From assembly GCA_964106915.2 (NCBI GenBank), contig OZ066916.1: a stretch of 64,000 bases of DNA; one strand, given 5' to 3'. The position numbers were made by a program, and so were the translations under genes. How positions within the stretch are numbered: position 1 is the first letter of the stretch; each line of letters begins with the position of its first letter. The notes under the pieces are model-generated. The model saw only the letters and a program-made list of their open reading frames with translations, made no database searches and had not been told where the DNA came from. This stretch comes from Podarcis gaigeae (lineage: Eukaryota). Positions 51,996-63,658 of the stretch are shown here, piece by piece.

Positions 51996-52128
51996 TAGAG
52001 TTTCCAATACTTGTATTCTGCTGTTGTTTGACTACAACTCCCATCATCCTTAGCTAACAGGACCAGTTGTCAGGGATGATGGGAACTGCAGTCCTAAAAC
52101 AGCTGGAGATACAAGTTTGGGAAATCTG
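51996..52128. mobile_element. Hairpin hAT MITE (same family as 10150, 44259, 57450)
   Basis: ACTACAACTCCCATCATCC...GGATGATGGGAACTGCAGT; TSD GAGTAGAC / GACTAGAC. Confidence 0.8.
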
Positions 52129-53088
52129 GACTAGACAATACATGTGCGCACAATTCTTCAACTTTTTGATGAAGGAAAGCTATGGGAGTCTGCAAGTCTG
52201 AACAGAGGAATTGGCTGCTTAGCCCTTTCTCCTCTGGCCATTCTTCTGCTAAAAAAGAGAAACAAATTCACAGGAATTTGTTTGCATCATCAGGAGGAAT
52301 GTTTTTAACCACATTGGACAGAATTTTAAGTGGCAAGACTGGAGGGGAAAGGGTTAAGGTATCTCCTCTTTTTGCTGTTCCTCTGCTCAAACTTGCAGCA
52401 TCCTTAGGCCACACATTAAGTTAAAAAAAATGTCAGGAGATGTATACTTCATCTGCCTTGAAACATCTCATTTGACCTGAGTCAAATGGTAGTCTTGGGA
52501 ATTCTCAGCACATGGGAGCATAATAACCCCCAATAGCCTTTGTGGGATATTCTTTAGAAGATATGAGCCCAAGAACTTAATCTTCTTTGCATTAATTGTG
52601 ATTCCTATTTTTGTCCTGCTCAAATCCTCCTAATGGAAAGCAGAGGAAGTCAAGCCCTGCCTTTTAGCAAACCCCAAAGCTAGAATCTGAATGGGAAGTC
52701 TAATTTTTCCCCATCTTGATATCAACAATTAAATCTAAATTAAAATGTTCCTGGAAGTTTTCCACAGCCAAGTGATTAAAAAAAAATCTGCCAAATTTAG
52801 TTCTCATACAGCAGTTGCAAATGTGTTGTGCTGTATAAGCTTGAGTAAAAGAAAACTGTTTTTGTGATAGGTAAGTAAAGGATTTCTAGTATGAGATTTA
52901 AAAACAAAACATGAAAATTGAGGAAAATGTTAAGTACATAATTAGGGTAAGCCATGGTACTTTGATCATGGCAAAAAGCTATTAGCACAGAGGCGGCCAT
53001 GCATTTGCAGAGAGAGCTCAGTGGTCTTCATATGTCTAAAATAGAATCACTGATGAATAAATGCATAACAACAAACTTCATTTATTTA

Positions 53089-53244
53089 AAACAATTTTTT
53101 TTTACAGTAGCACCTTAAAGACCAACTAAGTTAGTTCTTGGTATGAGCTTTCGTGTGCATGCAGACTTCTTCAGATACACTGCGGCTCAATGTGGTGCCT
53201 TCCATAGTTTTGACTATGGCAGACCAACACGGCTACCTACCTGT
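53089..53244. mobile_element. Short Penelope-like element insertion with an apparent internal inversion
   Basis: 15-bp TSD AACTTCATTTATTTA (53074-53088, 53245-53259); hammerhead motif on the minus strand; PLE-like terminus GACCAACACGGCTACC on the plus strand. Confidence 0.7.
53141..53178 (-). ncRNA. Minimal type I hammerhead ribozyme motif (PLE-associated)
   Basis: Minus strand reads GUAU-CUGAAGA-A-GUCUGCAUGCACAC-GAAA-GC-UC-AUAC; stem I GUAU/AUAC; core intact; one C-C mismatch in stem II. Confidence 0.75.
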
Positions 53245-53404
53245 AACTTCATTTATTTAGTTAATTCAAGTAACTGTTTTTATTTAATTAACAATTGTAG
53301 AGAACTGTTGTGTTGAATCCATCATGGCAGCAGGTTTTCATGCTTCTTTCTCCGCACTGAAGCCCTCTCTGCTATCTAAAATTCTCTCCTGAGGGATGAA
53401 GCAC

Positions 53405-53945
53405 TGTGGTGATCACACAGGGTCCCCGGACGTTTAACGGTCTATTGAACTCTGTGCCACCACTGTGCTTGCTTCCCCGCTGCCACCAACCAGTTACTCT
53501 CTGGTGAAACACTGAGTCCAGACAGTTGTTAAAAAAAAGTTTATTTTACAAAAAAAGTTTATTTTACAAACATTAACAAGTTTATGGTTTCTCCGATAAT
53601 ATTCCTGTTAGTACCTTAACTTTAGTTTCTTTACCGGCCTATACCTTCCTAATACCTTCTGACTGATTATCTCAACTGTTAGACTGACTCCTCTTAACAA
53701 ATTCTCTCACTCTCTCACCCCAGACTAGCCCAACCCACAGACTTATCTGTCTCTTCTAACTCCAGACTGTCTTCTCAACCACCCTAACTCTAACTCTCTC
53801 CCCTCCAAAAAAAACCTCTGTACTTAAACCTTATACACAGTTAACCTGCCCCCTGGGTTCACATTGGTTAGTCATTTTACAATTAGTTAACCCTTTCCCT
53901 ATGAACCCAGTATGATGTCACATACCTAGGAGGGCAAACGGCACA
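53405..53945 (-). mobile_element. Solo LTR (541 bp)
   Basis: TG...CA termini; perfect 5-bp TSD AGCAC (53400-53404, 53946-53950); minus-strand TATA-like motif at about 53830 and duplicated AATAAA at about 53540-53563. Confidence 0.78.
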
Positions 53946-54019
53946 AGCACCCTGAAGGAAGACCTGGGATGTGTCCTTGGCCTTTGGTGGAAGAAAGGAA
54001 TGCTAATATTCAGTTGGCT

Positions 54020-54098
54020 GTGATTCCTGAATTGCCAGGAGTTGGACTAAATGATCCTTGAGTCCCTCCGAACGCTACAGTTCTATGACACTATGATT
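54020..54098 (+). mobile_element. Squam3-like SINE 3' fragment
   Basis: GTTGGACTAAATGATCCTTGAGTCCCTCC...CAGTTCTATGACACTATGATT. Confidence 0.6.
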
Positions 54099-55050
54099 TA
54101 TGAAATTGCTTGCATAAATCAGAAGTTTTTTGCACAAGCTGGCTCCACCAGTTTTTAAACTCCCCACTTGAAACTGCTGCCTGCATTGGCTTGTGAAGAG
54201 ACATTCAAGTGCCACCATGAATACAGTTGTAGTTTTAGCTCACTGGTACTAGCCTACAGTGGTCTCGTTCGAACATCACAAATGTTTCAATCCTGACCAC
54301 TTTGCTTCTCCCCACTTGCGTTGGAAGAAACTAGTCACAGTCCCTGGCTTAGTGTTACATCTGAATCAAGGATCACAATTTATTTCATTCCCCAAAAAAA
54401 CCCACAATCTGTAGCCAAGGTTTATTGGTTTACTGACCATGATTTGTTGGAGCAAGAAATGCCACAATTTCTGGTGCAGAAATAACATTAAGTCAGGGAA
54501 TTGTTTCCATACCAGTGAGGATGAGAGAAAGAGCCTTACCATGATATGTGAACTGGAATGGCCTGGAAATGCATTCAGTAAGTCTGATCTTGGACACTGA
54601 GACATGTGTGAGTGACCAGCTTGTGGATTAATAGCCTCATATAACAAACATGCTTAAGACAAATTAATGCATGAAGGGGTTAACACCATAGAACAAACTG
54701 TCCTGCCAGGCTTAGCTAGATCACTCCCCCTTATCTTGGGAGGAAGGGTTATCAAGCCTTTGTTCTTCCCATTCTTCCATGTGAACCCTACCAGTAAGGA
54801 TGTCTAAACTAGATTCTCCAAGCTTAGTCTGTGTGTTTTAAGTGAGCTGTCTTTGTGTTTCTATACTAATAATTTAGAAACTCTCACCACTTTGGAACCT
54901 AAGTTTTACTGTCTATGTGTCCTGACTACCACGTGGAAAAGCACATGAATCTGGCGTTTGAAGACTTTGTAAGTAAATCATTTTTAACTTGCCAAACGTG
55001 TGGTCTTTTTCTATGTTAAGAGAAGAGGTGAACTTTGGAAGCAACATAAA

Positions 55051-55388
55051 AAAGGTAAAGGATCCCTGACAATTAAGTCCAGTTGCGAACGACTCTGGGG
55101 TTGCGTTGCTCATCCCGCTTTACTGGCTGAGGGAGCCGTTTGTCTGCAGACAGTTTTTCCGGGTCATGTGGCCAGCATGACTAAGCCGCTTCTGGTGAAA
55201 CCAGAGCAGTGCATGGAAATGCCGTTTAACTTCCTGCCAGAGCAGTACCTATTGATCTACTTGCCTTTTGACCTGCTTTCGAACTGCTAGGTTGGCAGGA
55301 GCAGGGACTGAGCAACGGGAGCTCACCCCATCGCAGGGATCTGAACTGCCAAACTTCTGATCAGCAAGCCCTAGGCTCAGTGGTTTAG
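55051..55388 (-). mobile_element. Sauria SINE, slightly 5'-truncated
   Basis: AAAGGTAAAGG tail; body homologous to 4452-4839. Confidence 0.88.
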
Positions 55389-56288
55389 AAATTTCAAAAG
55401 CTTAACAACCTATATTTCCACCCTTCACTTTGCTACATATTTTGTGATACTAAATCTCTACTGGGGTGCTCTCACCCAAGAGTACTTGCTCCAAACCTGG
55501 ATCCATACATCCAGGGAATTCTCCTTTAAATCTATATATATTTTCTTTAACCAAAAACAAAAACCAACGCAGCTCATGGTAAGCAAGGTGTCAGCAATTT
55601 CAAACAGGTTCCTAGCAGCTGTCAAAAGTCTAATAGCTGTTTTGAAGCAGCGTTGCATTGTGGGTTAGGCTGAATCTGTCACATATACAAGTGAAGATCA
55701 TATTCAAGATCATGGAGGTTTAAACTCATGGTGGTAAACTAATAATAATGATAAATAAAAACTTTGGCCAGAGCCAGAGAAAACTGCAAATGCTGGAGCA
55801 GGGTGGGGAAATCAATAGCCAGGGTCTCATGCAGAAGAACACCTACACATCTGCTTCAAAACTTTATTGGACTAAAGCCCAGGGTTGCCACTGCTCTCAA
55901 AAAGCATTAAAATGCTCTCTGGGGATAACAAAAAGCTGGAGATTTTGAGCTGCTCTACTACCATAAAAGTGTTAAACTGCAGTAGTAGTAACAATTTTAT
56001 TTGTTTAGCTATGAGCCATTACAAAGATAAAAGACATTCAGAGTTGAGCCACAAATTGGGCTCTTAATTTTCTGACAGCTAGCGCAAATAGAGAAACATG
56101 CAAAGTAACATAATGTTTCTTGTCCAACAGCAAAAAGCACACAAACTCACTTGATTTAGCACCCCCCCCCCCACCAGCTATACTCAGATATTTTTCATAA
56201 GGATCTTTATATGGAGGGCACTGTGTAATGGAGTGAACAACATCCTCTATAACCATTTTACAAAACACACAGAAACTCTGTTCTAAGG

Positions 56289-56295
<7 letters not shown>

Positions 56296-56344
<49 letters not shown>
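56296..56344. repeat. (TA)n microsatellite (PLE target site)
   Basis: Direct reading; a second TA run follows the element at about 57199-57210. Confidence 0.95.
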
Positions 56345-56346
<2 letters not shown>

Positions 56347-57197
56347 TTTCGTAGATTTTCACGGGTACAGGAATGCAGGTTTTGGTGTCCTCGGGTGTCT
56401 TCCCGTGTAAAAGTTGGGGTGTCTAGGCGACGTTTCGACGAGGTCTCACTCGTCATCTTCAGGCTGGTGCTTTCGGCTTCTTGTTACTGGAACAGAGCGG
56501 GATCTCAATGTTTGAGTTCCTATAAATACTGTAGAGGGGGTGTGGTGTCTAGCCTCCAATGTTCTGGGCAGAGAGGAAGTTCCCAGGCTAGTGTGCCTTT
56601 TCTTCTTTTGTTCCTTAATTACTTGAGAGATACCTTGAGTGATTTCTTGAGTGATATCCTGAGTACCACTTAGGTGGGTCATTAGGTGTGGATTAGTTGC
56701 TAAAGTCTTTGTGTCTTGACCTCTTGAACTTTGTGAAGAGTTTTCCTGAGAAGATGGCTGTATTTTGCAGATTCCAAATTGCTCTTTAACACGGAACATC
56801 ACCACAAGAGAATAATCATGGAAGCCATCGAGATAGAGAAACACCCTCACAACATGAACAAGCGTGACGACACATCCCGCTTGCCAGACATCTGGAAATT
56901 AGCCCTCCCCACAAAAACTGACACCAGATCCAGAGGCACACAGAACGCCAACACCAATCAACCACACCAGACCCAAACCCAGACCCTCTCCACAGATGAA
57001 TTACTGACACCATCCAGTAGCCAATCCATGGTGGCACCTCCGGATGCTGCACCCCCCTGCAATCCCTACACAGATCTGGCTGACACAAGCCACAAAACCA
57101 CAGCTCGCCCCTATACACGAAGCCAAGCCAAAGCACAACTAAGTGCAATACAGCCATCTTCTCAGGAAAACTCTTCACAAAGTTCAAGAGGTCAAGA
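56345..57197. mobile_element. Penelope-like retroelement fragment with 5' inversion (GIY-YIG C-terminus on +, 3' end on -)
   Basis: ORF 56779..57288 contains KRIIMEAIEIEKHPHNMNKRDD...IW, typical of the PLE GIY-YIG C-terminus; 51-bp inverted duplication 56714-56764 / 57147-57197; TA runs on both sides. Confidence 0.85.
56426..56467 (-). ncRNA. Minimal hammerhead ribozyme-like motif in the PLE 3' region
   Basis: Minus strand reads CCAGC-CUGAAGA-U-GACGAG(UGAGAC)CUCGUC-GAAA-C-GUC-GCC; perfect 6-bp stem II; weak stem I. Confidence 0.65.
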
Positions 57198-57350
57198 TTA
57201 TATATATATAATGGCCTTCCAGAAAGACAGGGGACATAAAAAGTCTCAATTCTGTAAAAGTAATTCTACATGCATCCAAAGTAACTAACTGTAACATATG
57301 TGGAAATAAAATAAATGAAATGTAGCGCATGCAAATGTAAAGTTTATTCT

Positions 57351-57633
57351 TGGATAGAGTGTGGTGCTACTGATAACACCAAGGTTGCAGGTTCAATCCT
57401 CGCATGGGGCAGCTGGATATTCCTGTATTGCAGGGGGGTTGGACTAGATCAGTGTTTCCCAACCTTGGGTCTCCAGCTGTTTTCGGACTACAATTCCCAT
57501 CATCCCTGACCACTGGTCTAGCTAGCTAGGGATGATGGGAGTTGTAGTCCGAAAGCAGCTGAAGAACCAACATTGGGAAACACTGGACTAGATAATCCTC
57601 AGGGTCCCTTCCAACTCTACAGTTCCATGATTC
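57351..57633 (+). mobile_element. Squam3-like SINE interrupted by a hairpin hAT MITE
   Basis: B box GGTTCAATCCT; body and tail homologous to the reverse complement of 44206-44503. Confidence 0.8.
57450..57585. mobile_element. Hairpin hAT MITE nested in a SINE
   Basis: TIRs CAGTGTTTCCCAA / TTGGGAAACACTG; perfect TSD GACTAGAT (57442-57449, 57586-57593). Confidence 0.9.
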
Positions 57634-59065
57634 ATCACATGTAGTGCTATTTTCTAGGGGAAAGGATGCCAGAACTCACCATGAACACTTCCTTGTTCTC
57701 TTATAATGGCAATGGTGTCCACCTGAGAGGTGCTGGAACTGAGTTCCGGTTGGAAAAAGTCCTGTTCACATTCCAGATGGGCATGACTCACAAAAAACGC
57801 AACAGCATCCAATCTCTAACACCCAGAGACAGATATAATTCCCAGCACCCCAGGAAAAGGAACTAATAAAAGCCTCAAACCCCAAAGCTTTCAGGGATGC
57901 TGGATTTTGTAGGTTAAGTAGCATAACTGTGGAGAAGTGGTGTGCGTAAATCATGTCACAAAATCAAAGGATCTTATACATCCTATGGAATTTATATCAT
58001 TTAGGTACACTGAGAATCCTGTTGGTTTTTTAAATGCTAAAATGGTTAATAAAAATATGTAACGTATAGAAGACAGCTGCATAAATACTGCAGCCCAGAG
58101 ACAGCACTGACAGATGCCGTCTTGCTGACAGATTGTGAAGACAAACATGTAATTATTCTGTCATAAAATTTTCCAAGATATTTCAACATTAGGTTTATCG
58201 CTAGTCTGTTTCAGTTGAAGACAATGGCATGTCCTTTCAAAGCTTCCAGAAGAAAGCTTATGTCATGTTTTCTTGCCCTGGTTGGGGGAAAAAAAACATT
58301 TTGGTGCTAACTTAACTGCAATGGGAAGGAAGGAGAAAGGAAGTATGGGTGATTAGCAGAGTTATTTTGTATGAAGATGAATCTAACTGACCCGTCCCTT
58401 TGCCATTCAGGAGGCACATCCACTTTAACATATGTTGAACAGCAATGTGATGAACTCAGCATCTATAAACCTTGACTGCCGCTGTTACAGATAATGCTCT
58501 TTTTGTCCTCATCATAAAGTGTAAGGGTGACATGCTCAGGAATTCTGGAACTAGGAATTCACTGAAAGTGGAGACAACAGGGAGACAGATGCCTTTTAAA
58601 GTTAGGAACTGAATTTGTCAACGAGAGGCTGAAATCTCATCTTAAGATTTTGGTGCAAAGCATAGAGTTTTTCCACCAAGGGAACGTCCAGCCACCATTC
58701 TATGCAAGCAGTGTTCCAGTGGGGCTGACTGCCTTTAAAGTGCTCTGCATCTTATGATTTTTTAGTGATTTGATTGTACGTCACCATGGGATTCTTCATC
58801 TTATTTATTTGAATGGGGTTGGTGGGTCAGAAATACTCTTATAAAATAAGATAAAAAGTGTGCATAGGATGGAAGCCTTACTGCCTCTTGTTTTGGTACA
58901 ATAGTGCTTGGTATCTAGTTCTGCTAGACAAGGGGTGCTCAGTTTGATGTTCCATTGATATTGTGGAACACCAGATCCCATAATGCCTGATCATTGGCTG
59001 TGCTGGCTGGTCAGGTGGGAGCTAGATAACATCTGGAGGCCACCACATTGGCTACATTCTTATTA

Positions 59066-59291
59066 CAGTGGTACCTTGGGTTAAGAACTTAATTCATTCC
59101 TGAGGTCCGTTCTTAACCTGAAACAGTTCTTAACCTGAGGTGCCACTTTAGCTAATGGTGCCTCCCGCTGCCGCTGTGCTGCTGGCACGCTATTTCTGTT
59201 CTCATTCTGAAGCAAAGTTCTTAACCCGAGGTACTATTTCTGGGTTAGCAGAGTCTGTAACCTGAAGCGTCTGTAACCCAAGGTACCAATG
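59066..59291 (+). mobile_element. Tc1/mariner MITE, family A
   Basis: TA|CAGTGGTACCTTGGGTTA...TAACCCAAGGTACCAATG|TA; one internal 16-bp unit shorter than the other two copies. Confidence 0.87.
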
Positions 59292-59362
59292 TACTCCTGA
59301 ATATGTGAGTTGTAGATGACTGGCGTTCTAATTCAAAGCACTAATCACCAGCTCTGTGATTG

Positions 59363-59365
<3 letters not shown>

Positions 59366-59400
<35 letters not shown>
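59366..59400. repeat. (GT)n microsatellite
   Basis: Direct reading. Confidence 0.95.
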
Positions 59401-59402
<2 letters not shown>

Positions 59403-62400
59403 GTGGGGAAGTAACTGTAGCAGGCATAGCAAAAATGTTCACTATTCAGAAGATAGAGAAGCGATAATGTATTTAAGTCAGTGTCACCACTACCACCTTA
59501 GGTACCCAATGGGAAAACAGTGGAATAGAAAAGGAAGTGAATTCACAGATGATCAAAACTGTGCCATGAAGAAGGAAGCAAAATACCAAAAGTACACATA
59601 TCAGCTGCTGAAAGCTCCTTACAGTCGCAATTCAGTGTTTCAAAGATCTTATAGTGATGAGACCTTGAAACTTAAAAAAAAAAAAGAATCTAAGAGTTGA
59701 AATCTTAATTAATAGCAGGATTTCTATACAGGCTGAAGCCACATCTGTGTGCAATATAAATGTGAAGGTTTTATCCTACTACAGGGACAGTGGCTCACCA
59801 TATCTTAGCAATTTTCCTAGTATAATATTTTTCACTAATATAGGCATTTTAATGCACAGTTTCTTGAAGAAACAGAATTTGAAGAAGAGTGGGTTTCCAA
59901 AAATATCTGTGTTCTTGCTCATCTATTGTTTCAGCAAGTGCAAATTAGATAAGTTTACATTAAAACTTGAACCAAATTGATTTTTTTCTCCCGCATGCAT
60001 ATGCAAGGTGGCTCAGGGCAGAAACCTCTGCCTGCTGCTGAAATCCATAGCAGGGGGGAACAGGTCTAAGTGGTATTTAAATTATCAGCAGGACACATAG
60101 TATAGCACCATGGCATTATACAACTTCAGAATGCAGGTAAAAAAAATGTGTGTTTAAATATGCTCCCATTTCAAAATCTTTCACAAAACCAATAAAACGA
60201 ATTTATGGCAAGCTGTGCTTATTTAGTGAGGCTAGAAGAACATTACTGAAAAAGACATTTATCATAATAAGGCAAGGTGCTGTGTAGGAGGTATTAAAAA
60301 TGTAAAAGAATGAAAATACAGTCAAATCCTGAATATCTTTTGAGAATGAACAGGAAGAGAGAGAAAATAGGGAAATGAGGATGAATTCTAATGGGAGAGG
60401 GAGAGAAGGGTCCCCCCCCCCCCCGTTTTCAGAAGAAAATTAAAGAAAGCATTGGATTGTATTATGAACCTGCAACTGAAGAATGAGCACATGGGATTTA
60501 GTTCCCTTTGATGAATGGCTGTCTCCATTCCATATCTCCGTTGTGGCCAAATCCTGCAAAATATGTTTTAAAGCTACAAATAAATGCTTTGCAGGTAGGG
60601 GCAGCATCTATACTGGAGAGTGTGTGGGAGTGGATGGATGCAGTGAGAGGGAGTTCTAAGGCAAGATCCACTCTTTCCTTGGAGAGGCAATTAGATTTGA
60701 GCCCTTCAGAGATATTCCCTTTACCCCCCCCCCCACCCCAACTTAAATTGTGGGAGGAAAAGAAAAGGTCAGTGAGAGGTAACTGACTGTGCCGTCTGTT
60801 CCTGTCACAATTGTGCCTTTTGCCCCTTCTTTTGGTATGTATATCCATCATAACAGTAAAGCGTACACACACAGAGATATGTACAGATGTTCCCTTATGT
60901 CAAGATGCCTTACAAGTGCTGGGAAAGAACCTCATCTTTCCAAAACAGTATTTGCTTTAAAGCGTCCCGGCACTGGACTGCTTTCATCTAAAAACTGCAA
61001 TCAGCTTCAAATATGGGGCGTTTTGAAGCAAAATGTTCTCGCTTTGATACGATTGTGGAAAGTTGTGTTTTAAAGAGATCCTTTCTTAGCTTCTCTAGGG
61101 AGTTCACACATAGGAGAGACACACAGCATAGGTAGTAGGCAGAAGAAATGAAGCTGTATTCAAGCCAAATCCAATACAAACTTATCTCATAAATAAATCC
61201 CATTTAACTCAGCGGAGTTTATTTGTAAATGAACATGTATTGAATTGCACTGTCAGGATGTCAGAAGACATAAAGGAAGCAGGGGAGGGCAGCTTTCTTG
61301 CATTAGGGAGGAGTTTCTCACTGAATTTAATGTATGAACTCTAGTCCTGGAAGGGAGTACCGGTAGGTTCTGGAAAAAGTGAGGAGTTATGATGGGGATA
61401 TGCAATTCACAAGTAGACTTGGAAACTATGGTTAGGTGATGATGCTACACACCAGAGGCAAAACCCAGTATCTCCTCTGCCTGCCATTTATTAGCTCCAA
61501 ATCACCCCAGCGATATTTTTTCCTCTTACATCAAGTTCTAAAACCCCCAAAACACCGACTAGCCTTTGGCAAACTTAACTAGATTGATACGGCCTGGAGG
61601 GGGTGAATTGGTGTTTTGTTTTCATATCTTTTTCTGTTTTTTGTAAGTGTTATACATTGGAGGCAATAAAACTATATGTGTTGGGGGGGGGAGAGAGAGA
61701 ATTCTAAAAACAAGTTTTTAGCACTCTTCTTTCCCATCCACTGACCCTTTCTGATACTGTAAGCATTCACCCCTTGGTCATACCATTCTCCACTATCTCA
61801 GCAAATCTCAGGACCATGGACTTGGTGGTACAACATCCAGTTTGGCCCTCATTCATGGAACTGATGAGAAAAACAGTAAAGCTCTTCACAGCCTGGGGAA
61901 AAGGAGGGCCTCCTGTTTTTCAACAGCGATTTATCATGCCTATTAACGCTAGTGTTTTAAAATATATGTTTATTATGCCCTAAAGCAGCTTCTGTGATAT
62001 TCTCTTTAGGTTAAGTGAGCTCTTTTGAAGTCCTGCAGCCAAAACATAATTGCACATATTTTTTAGTATTTTGAGGGCTAAAGTTAAATGATACTGTAGG
62101 TGTATGGAACAGCCTCCTGTTGTGTTGTTTTTCCAAAAAAAAAAAAAAAAAAAGATCATGAGATTGTGATCAGTTGCTGAGGGCATCCTAGTGGTCCCTC
62201 TCACCACTATTTCTTTAGTCACATTTGGAGCATCCCATGACTGCATATTATTATTATTACTACTGCTAGAAACTGTTATGGCATCTGCTGTATAATGTCC
62301 AGATTAGTTTGGAGAAAAGTTCTGTTAAAGCTTTTTAACAGAAGACTGACAACACAGAGATGTCCAGCAGAAGTTCCTCACTTGTTAAAAGCAAGCATGA

Positions 62401-62651
62401 GGAATTTGTAATACTGTATGAGGTCCATAAACACACAGAAGATGCATGCTGCACTAGTGACATGCTTGCCAGGGTCCTGTGACTCCTGGTTTTACAGACA
62501 TTTCCATAATTGATGTCTTTTTGACTTAGCAGCTAGGAATCTCCTAGGAAGAGTATCCAGAATTTAGCTATCCAGCTAATTTTATTCATTTATTTAATTG
62601 CTCCCTGTGAAACATCCTGAAGCTATTTAACAATAAAAAAATCAACAGTAC

Positions 62652-63008
62652 GGTAAAAGGTAAAGGACCCCTGGACAGTTAAGTCCAGTCGAATTCAACT
62701 ATGGGGTGCAGTGCTCATCTCCACTTTCAGACCAAGGGAGCCAGCATTTGTCCACAGACAGGGAAACATGTGGCCAACATGTCTAAACTGTTTCTGGTGC
62801 ATGGAACAGCGTGACGAGTGCCCGAGCGCCCAAAATGCTGCTTACCTTCCTGCCACAGCATTACCTATTTATCTACTCATGCTGGAAAGCTTTCAAACTC
62901 CTACGTTGGCAGGATCTGGGACAAAGCAATGGGAGCTCACCCAGTCATGTGGATTCGAACTCCTGACCTTGTGATCTGCACAAGGTTTGGTGGTTTAGAC
63001 CACGTCCC
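62652..63008 (-). mobile_element. Diverged Sauria SINE
   Basis: GGTAAAAGGTAAAGGACCCCTGGACAGTTAAGTCCAG as at 4452; ends CACGTCCC (reverse complement of the head). Confidence 0.85.
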
Positions 63009-63521
63009 AACATATCTAGAAGACAATTTCCAAGTCCAGTACGGGCCCAGGCTAGGATAAAATCCTCCACTTAAAAGACTAGTTGGGAAAGGAAAATCTT
63101 CAACAGATGTCAAAAAGATAATAGGGGTAGCACCTGTCTGATATGTTATAGGGGGGTGTTCCTGATATGCTTCAAATCTTCAGTCCTAATCTCTGCCTCT
63201 AAAGGACTGTGAACTGAAACCAAATGTTGGAATACTTCTGTGTCTTTTTTCAACTGGTGTATTGCTTAATTTCACTTTGAAGTGTACAGCTTTGGGATCA
63301 CTTCCTATACTTGTGATTTGATGGACAATAATAATACACCATGAAATGACATTTTTGTGAGCGCATGAGTGAGCCCTGCATTTGCAGATCTATTTGAAAC
63401 ATTTCTGCTTCAGCCTTTACTCTTGCAAGAAAGACTTGGTGTGTTCCACTTCTCCCTCCCTCCCTCTGAGCTGCCAGCTGCATGTGTGGTTCACTCTTTG
63501 ATAGCAACTCAGGTCTTTAGG

Positions 63522-63658
63522 ACAAGGATGGGGAACTTGTGCTCCTCCAGACAGCAGGACTCCTAACTCTCATCAAACCTAGCTGACATGGCCAATGGCC
63601 CAGGATGATGGGAACTGTGGTCCATCATCATCTGGAGGGCTACAGGTTTCCCATCTCT
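63522..63658. mobile_element. Diverged hairpin hAT MITE
   Basis: CAAGGATGGGGAAC...GGTTTCCCATCTCTG with GGATGATGGGAACTGTGGTCC. Confidence 0.55.

Noticed and set aside
56779-57288. 169-aa ORF as a host gene
   Set aside because: Truncated PLE ORF end that reads into the TA repeat and flanking DNA; no genuine start and no RT.
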